Shown: in pieces, positions 60,053-64,000 of the stretch | How positions within the stretch are numbered: the first letter of the stretch is position 1 | How the letters are laid out: each line of letters starts with the position of its first letter | IMG/VR virus record: IMGVR_UViG_3300042453_005404 | Coordinates: 62,001-126,000 of that record | Length of the DNA stretch: 64,000 bases | Reading direction: 5' to 3' (one strand) | Made by a program: the position numbers and the translations under genes | Notes under the pieces: generated by a model | The model's input: the letters and a program-made list of their open reading frames with translations, nothing else | What the model was told of the DNA's origin: nothing | Databases searched by the model: none

Positions 60053-60363
60053 ACATTGGATCGCTTTATACAGTGAAGAAGTATTTTTGGTTTCTTTTTT
60101 CAACAAAAGCCGTCGCCGCCGCCGCATCCGACCCACCGTCCACCGCCGCATCCGACGCACCGTCCGCCGCCGCCGCCGGAGAAGCCGCTGCTTATTTGAG
60201 CAGACGATACGACTGTGAAGTTACTTATTTTTCTCCTGATTCCATCGTTGTTTTCCTTGAAAATGATGGAAAACTCAAGAAAGTATTGACTTCTGATGGA
60301 AAGATTGGTTGGACTTGGTTTAGTGAAACCTATAACGAATGCTTTGAGGAAGTAAATCCATGA
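60049..60363 (+). CDS. Hypervariable SH3-like protein B3
   Basis: C-rich insert with an internal 24-nt duplication. Confidence 0.85.
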   Translation: MNIGSLYTVKKYFWFLFSTKAVAAAASDPPSTAASDAPSAAAAGEAAAYLSRRYDCEVTYFSPDSIVVFLENDGKLKKVLTSDGKIGWTWFSETYNECFEEVNP

Positions 60364-60665
60364 ACATTGGATCGCTTTATACAGTGAAGAAGTGGTCTTG
60401 GTCACTTTTTCCAACAAAGGAAACTGCCGCCGCCGCCGCCGCAAGCAGCCCCGCCGCCGCAGGAGCCGCTCCCGACGCCGCTCCCGCCGCTGATTATTGG
60501 AGCAAACAGTTAAACTGCAATGTAACCTACTTTTCTCCTGATTCCTATATTGTCTTCTTGGAAGAAGATACGAAGTTCAAGAAAGTTCTTACTTCTACTG
60601 GAAAGCTTGGTTGGGTTTGGTTTGATGAAAGTTATAATCATTGTTTTGAGGAAGTATCGTCGTGA
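60360..60665 (+). CDS. Hypervariable SH3-like protein B4
   Basis: (GCC)5 run and GCCGCTCCC duplication in the insert. Confidence 0.85.
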   Translation: MNIGSLYTVKKWSWSLFPTKETAAAAAASSPAAAGAAPDAAPAADYWSKQLNCNVTYFSPDSYIVFLEEDTKFKKVLTSTGKLGWVWFDESYNHCFEEVSS

Positions 60666-60925
60666 GGATTCTTCAAGGTGCAACAGCCGTAGATGTTAAC
60701 GATGTGATACTGGATATAGGTGGATTATATCATTATCCATACAGCGTATGTCTTCGTGAAAACGATTGCAAAGCACACGGCTCAGTTGTTGATCAATACA
60801 CTCCATTTGTTGTATTAGAGTTTATTGAAGGGCTTTCCGGCAAGTATCTAAGAATTCTTACCACAACTGGAGAGATTGGTCTTGTACAATACAACTCAAG
60901 ATACTTGAAGCAGATTGAGAAGTAA
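60662..60925 (+). CDS. Divergent SH3-like family member
   Basis: IGGLYHY...FVVLEF...RILTTTGEIGLV; GTG start. Confidence 0.6.
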   Translation: MRILQGATAVDVNDVILDIGGLYHYPYSVCLRENDCKAHGSVVDQYTPFVVLEFIEGLSGKYLRILTTTGEIGLVQYNSRYLKQIEK

Positions 60926-60929
60926 TATC

Positions 60930-60964
60930 TTGATATTCAGATTAACGTTTGCTATACTGTATTC
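60930..60964 (+). promoter_or_regulatory. Leaderless sigma70-like promoter
   Basis: TTGATA-17-TATACT-6-ATG(60965). Confidence 0.8.
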
Positions 60965-61552
60965 ATGAACAATCAAGTTATGAACTATCTTGCTCTCGAT
61001 CTAGAACTCAACACCAACGAACTTGGCAACACAACCAAAATCATTCAAGTTGGCGTGGCCTTTGGTAGCAATGTTTCTAACATTGAAACTCGTAAATGGT
61101 ATGTTGATCCAAAAGAGCCGCTGTCAACACATATCATTGGTCTAACAGGTATCACACAAGAAGATATTGACACCAAAGCTGTTCCTCTATCACAAGTTGC
61201 AGCCGAGCTTGGTCAAATCATTGAAGCTAATCAAACGTTTGTGAATCCTATTCAATGGGGTGGTGGAGACGATCAAGAACTCAAAGCCGAGTTTGAAGAA
61301 AACGGCATCGAGTTTCGCTGCTTCGGACATAGAGCTATTGACGTGAAAACGCTTTTTGTGTTTCTCCAGATGGCCAAGGGGAACAGTTGGAAGGGTGGAC
61401 TACGAGCTTGTATGAGCAAGTATAAGCTTGACTTCAAGGGTGAACCACACCGAGCAGACGTTGATGCTTACAACACGCTTGTATTCTACTTTGAACTAAT
61501 GAAACGTCAAGCTAAGATTGAAGAAATGATTAGGACGGCTAAAGAACTATGA
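60965..61552 (+). CDS. DEDDh 3'-5' exonuclease
   Basis: LDLEL, IIQVG, LTGIT, D..L, H.A.VDA. Confidence 0.85.
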   Translation: MNNQVMNYLALDLELNTNELGNTTKIIQVGVAFGSNVSNIETRKWYVDPKEPLSTHIIGLTGITQEDIDTKAVPLSQVAAELGQIIEANQTFVNPIQWGGGDDQELKAEFEENGIEFRCFGHRAIDVKTLFVFLQMAKGNSWKGGLRACMSKYKLDFKGEPHRADVDAYNTLVFYFELMKRQAKIEEMIRTAKEL

Positions 61553-62890
61553 GGCGCAAGACTGCAACAACCAAGAAGATTCCTCGCCTAACTTCTGTTG
61601 AAGAGGCGATGGAAGTTGTATCAGATTATCTAAACACTGAACGTTTTAGGGCTGATCCATACGCAGAGGATGTGACACCAGAGCAGCTACGTGGATTGAT
61701 TGAGCGTATCTGGGCTGATGCATATGCGGAGGGAGTAGCCAGTGGATATGAGCAAGGTTTGGGTGAGAGTGATGAATAATAGTTTGAGATTCCAAAAACC
61801 GTATGATATTCTTTATATGTGGCAGTCAAATGAGAAGCTTGACGCTGGTGAAAGGACAAGGATAAAGTGATGCTAAAGAACACATGGACTCCAGAAGATG
61901 TTATTTCAGAAATGAAGGTTGGCATTCGTGAGTTTGGTCGTTATACATTTTCGGACAAGGGACCAGAAGAGGTTATGGATATTCACAGTATTGCTAAATA
62001 TCTTGTAACGCTACCTACCGAAGCTGTTTATGGTTTTATCAAGGAGCTTCGTGGTAAGACTAAGATCAACTCTGATAGGGAGCGAGTGGCACGAAGTTTG
62101 CTTGTAGCGATTGATACAGGCCCTTGGACAGAACAAGAGTTTCTTCATATCTGTGAAGCTTCTCCCGGCAGCTACTGAGGATAGAATCATGAAAACGTTT
62201 ACGATTCGTTATGAGTTGAATGTAGATCTAACCGAGAATGAGCTTTATCCAGATGGAACGGATGGAGTTGGAGAGGTTACACCGAAAAAGGTAGCTGCTC
62301 TTATTCAGAGTTCTGGAGGGATGAAGGAAGTTCTGAAAGAATGGGATCTATATCCTTATGGTGTTCTAACTGTTACAGAGAAGAAATGATATCATGAAAA
62401 AGATGGACATTTATCACTTCGTTGATGAAGTTTCTAGTCTCGCAAGAGACTTCGCTCATTATGAGCAAGACACATATCCAGCAGAAGATGTTCGTATGAC
62501 CTTCGCTGAGTGGCTTCCATTGCTTTTGAAGTTTATGGATGAACAGGTTGAAGATGCTGGTGGACTAACCGCTACTTCTCCAGAGTTCAAGGAGTTTCTA
62601 AAGACTGTGAAGCCTTGGAATGGACGTATGCCGGGAGGGTGGCGATGAAGCGTTATTTATTGATTGCTGGATATTATTATTATCCTAAAGGTGGAACAGC
62701 CGATTGGGTTGGTTGTTTTGAAACCTGTGAAGAGGCAGAAGCAAAAGTTGTAAGAACTCAAGAACATGAGTTATTTAGCCGTGGGCCTCGTAAGGGACAG
62801 ATTAAATCAACCAGCGAATATTATTCTGTTGACGGTAGTAAGCGTGATTGGTATGAAGTGATTGATCTGATGGAATGGATGGAACGGTAG
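61549..62890 (+). CDS. Run of five small hypothetical proteins (61549-61779, 61867-62178, 62189-62389, 62394-62648, 62645-62890)
   Basis: Co-directional coupled ORFs; promoter TTGAGA(61784)-17-TATTCT inside the run. Confidence 0.55.
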
Positions 62891-62984
62891 TCTAATGTTC
62901 AACACATCAAAAGACGAGTTTTACACTCTTATTATCAACGAAGAAGACTTCAAAAACCCCTAAATATCCAGCAAAAAGAATATC

Positions 62985-63019
62985 TTTACTTCTCTGGGGC
63001 AGGGTGATATACTGTTTCC
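62985..63019 (+). promoter_or_regulatory. Leaderless sigma70-like promoter
   Basis: TTTACT-17-TATACT-6-ATG(63020). Confidence 0.8.
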
Positions 63020-63199
63020 ATGAAGAACGAAGAAGTGGATCTTCTGTTGGAGTCCATTCGTAAGAATCTGGAAGAGATTGCTATGGTTGAGCCTGACCTG
63101 CGTTCTTATCGGGATTGGAAGACTCGTTTGGAGTGTCTTGCTGAGTCCTTGGATAGGGATCTGCGGCAAGCAAAGCGTTGGGCGTCTTTCAAGGAATAA
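63020..63199 (+). CDS. Hypothetical protein (59 aa, not in the ORF track)
   Basis: MKNEEVDLLLESIRKN...; start fixed by promoter geometry. Confidence 0.65.
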   Translation: MKNEEVDLLLESIRKNLEEIAMVEPDLRSYRDWKTRLECLAESLDRDLRQAKRWASFKE

Positions 63200-63203
63200 T
63201 CCC

Positions 63204-63238
63204 TTTACTTCTCTTCTCCAGTAAGATAGAGTAGAAAC
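63204..63238 (+). promoter_or_regulatory. Leaderless sigma70-like promoter
   Basis: TTTACT-17-TAGAGT-6-ATG(63239). Confidence 0.75.
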
Positions 63239-63733
63239 ATGACTAACATTGACACTCTGTTCTCGTTTGCCTTGAACAAGCTTACGGCAGACCGTGAGCG
63301 GCTCAATAGCCTTCTTGAAAAGCAGAAGGGGACCGATATCGGTCGTTTCATGGAGAGGGCTCTGGAATGGCGTACAGAGGCTTCCAAGATGCAACTTCTG
63401 TGGGAGCTCTTTCATGAAGTGATTGATATGTCTGATCTTGGGTTTATTGGGAGTTTTGTGAAGTTTGTAGTAAACGACCTTCTCGACGACGGTGCCTTTA
63501 GGGTTGAGTGGCGCAAGGCTTTTCTTGACGAAAACAAGCGTCTTGTTTGGCTTGGTGGGGATTTCAAGACTGTTTTGACGGACAAGGATGATCCCAAGGC
63601 TGAACCTGTTGTTGTTTACGATGTTGACGAGGGAACGCAGGATGTTGCTTTGTTGATGGAGGCTATGGATCACAAGGAGTGGGAAGTTTTGCAGCGGCAA
63701 GAACTTGAAGCTTCTTGCCAAGATGCGGAATAA
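63239..63733 (+). CDS. Hypothetical protein
   Basis: Promoter-defined start. Confidence 0.7.
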   Translation: MTNIDTLFSFALNKLTADRERLNSLLEKQKGTDIGRFMERALEWRTEASKMQLLWELFHEVIDMSDLGFIGSFVKFVVNDLLDDGAFRVEWRKAFLDENKRLVWLGGDFKTVLTDKDDPKAEPVVVYDVDEGTQDVALLMEAMDHKEWEVLQRQELEASCQDAE

Positions 63734-63737
63734 TCTT

Positions 63738-63772
63738 TTTACTTCCAAGTGATGTTGTGGTAGAGTAAAACC
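63738..63772 (+). promoter_or_regulatory. Leaderless sigma70-like promoter
   Basis: TTTACT-17-TAGAGT-6-ATG(63773); another TTTACT at 63977 is truncated by the window edge. Confidence 0.75.
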
Positions 63773-63973
63773 ATGAACCACAACGAGATGCAGAACTTCG
63801 CAACGAACAACGGTCTTGGTACGATCCATTTTGAGACTCGTATTGCTCTCAACACGGGTCGTCCCATCGAGGTTGGATATGTCTGGGTGAACGGGCATCG
63901 TGAGCTCTTTTGCAAGCGTAGCCAGAACACCGAGTTTCACCTCTGCAACGACTACAGGAAACTCGCAGAATAA
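63773..63973 (+). CDS. Hypothetical protein
   Basis: Promoter-defined start. Confidence 0.65.
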   Translation: MNHNEMQNFATNNGLGTIHFETRIALNTGRPIEVGYVWVNGHRELFCKRSQNTEFHLCNDYRKLAE

Positions 63974-64000
63974 TCCTTTACTCTTCCAGAACGCTCTGAT

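Noticed and set aside
48114-60665. CRISPR array (conserved repeats with unique GC-rich spacers)
   Set aside because: The constant parts are ~250-nt protein-coding frames with substitutions, the variable parts keep the reading frame, there is no short palindromic repeat, and no cas genes are present
48114-60665. Classical diversity-generating retroelement
   Set aside because: No RT, Avd or A-rich template repeat in this window; loops vary in length and differences are not confined to adenine positions. It cannot be fully excluded without the rest of the genome
62960-63940. 326-aa antisense ORF
   Set aside because: It is exactly in register with three co-framed plus-strand genes (63020, 63239, 63773) that avoid TTA/CTA/TCA codons, so it is a codon-bias shadow
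1-64000. Stop-codon reassignment (code 4/15), common in large phages
   Set aside because: Long genes are intact under code 11, and TAA, TAG and TGA all terminate tightly packed genes
1-64000. tRNA, rRNA or structured ncRNA genes
   Set aside because: Intergenic spaces are short and explained by promoters or RBSs; no cloverleaf or T-loop motif seen by eye. A tRNAscan/Infernal run would be decisive

Overview
This window is a segment of a large AT-rich tailed-phage genome (myovirus-like; roughly 35-40% GC by inspection, standard code 11). I found no tRNA, rRNA, CRISPR array or reverse transcriptase. It has four blocks. (1) 1-5.6 kb: glycan-modification cluster (deacetylase-like, WbqC, two methyltransferases, two GT4 glycosyltransferases and one more putative glycosyltransferase). 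(2) 5.9-35.5 kb: sigma-factor-like gene followed by a long co-directional baseplate/tail operon (gp5-, gp25- and J/gp6-like, LamG proteins). (3) 35.5-44.3 kb: mixed block with TnsA/gp4-like nucleases, a kinase-like gene, RuvC, two tandem R-S-E ADP-ribosyltransferase-like genes and a Dps-like gene. (4) 44.3-64 kb: accessory/early region with DNA ligase, RNA ligase, PNK-type kinase, metallophosphoesterase, amidoligase and DEDD exonuclease, driven by at least 12 stereotyped sigma70-type promoters that sit exactly 6 nt upstream of ATG (leaderless). The stand-out feature is 15 close paralogues of a ~100-aa SH3-like protein in four tandem arrays (11 subfamily A, 4 subfamily B), plus about 10 divergent relatives. 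Each close copy has an AT-rich conserved framework interrupted at the same point (after FPTK[E/A]) by an in-frame, variable-length, mostly ~80% GC hypervariable segment. These segments are mostly NNG codons in subfamily A and mostly NNC codons in subfamily B. Two copies have identical 120-nt and 56-nt flanks but almost unrelated cores. This looks like a locally diversified, antibody-loop-like repertoire made by an unidentified mechanism that does not match a classical DGR. Protein assignments come from motif recognition only; no database searches were run.
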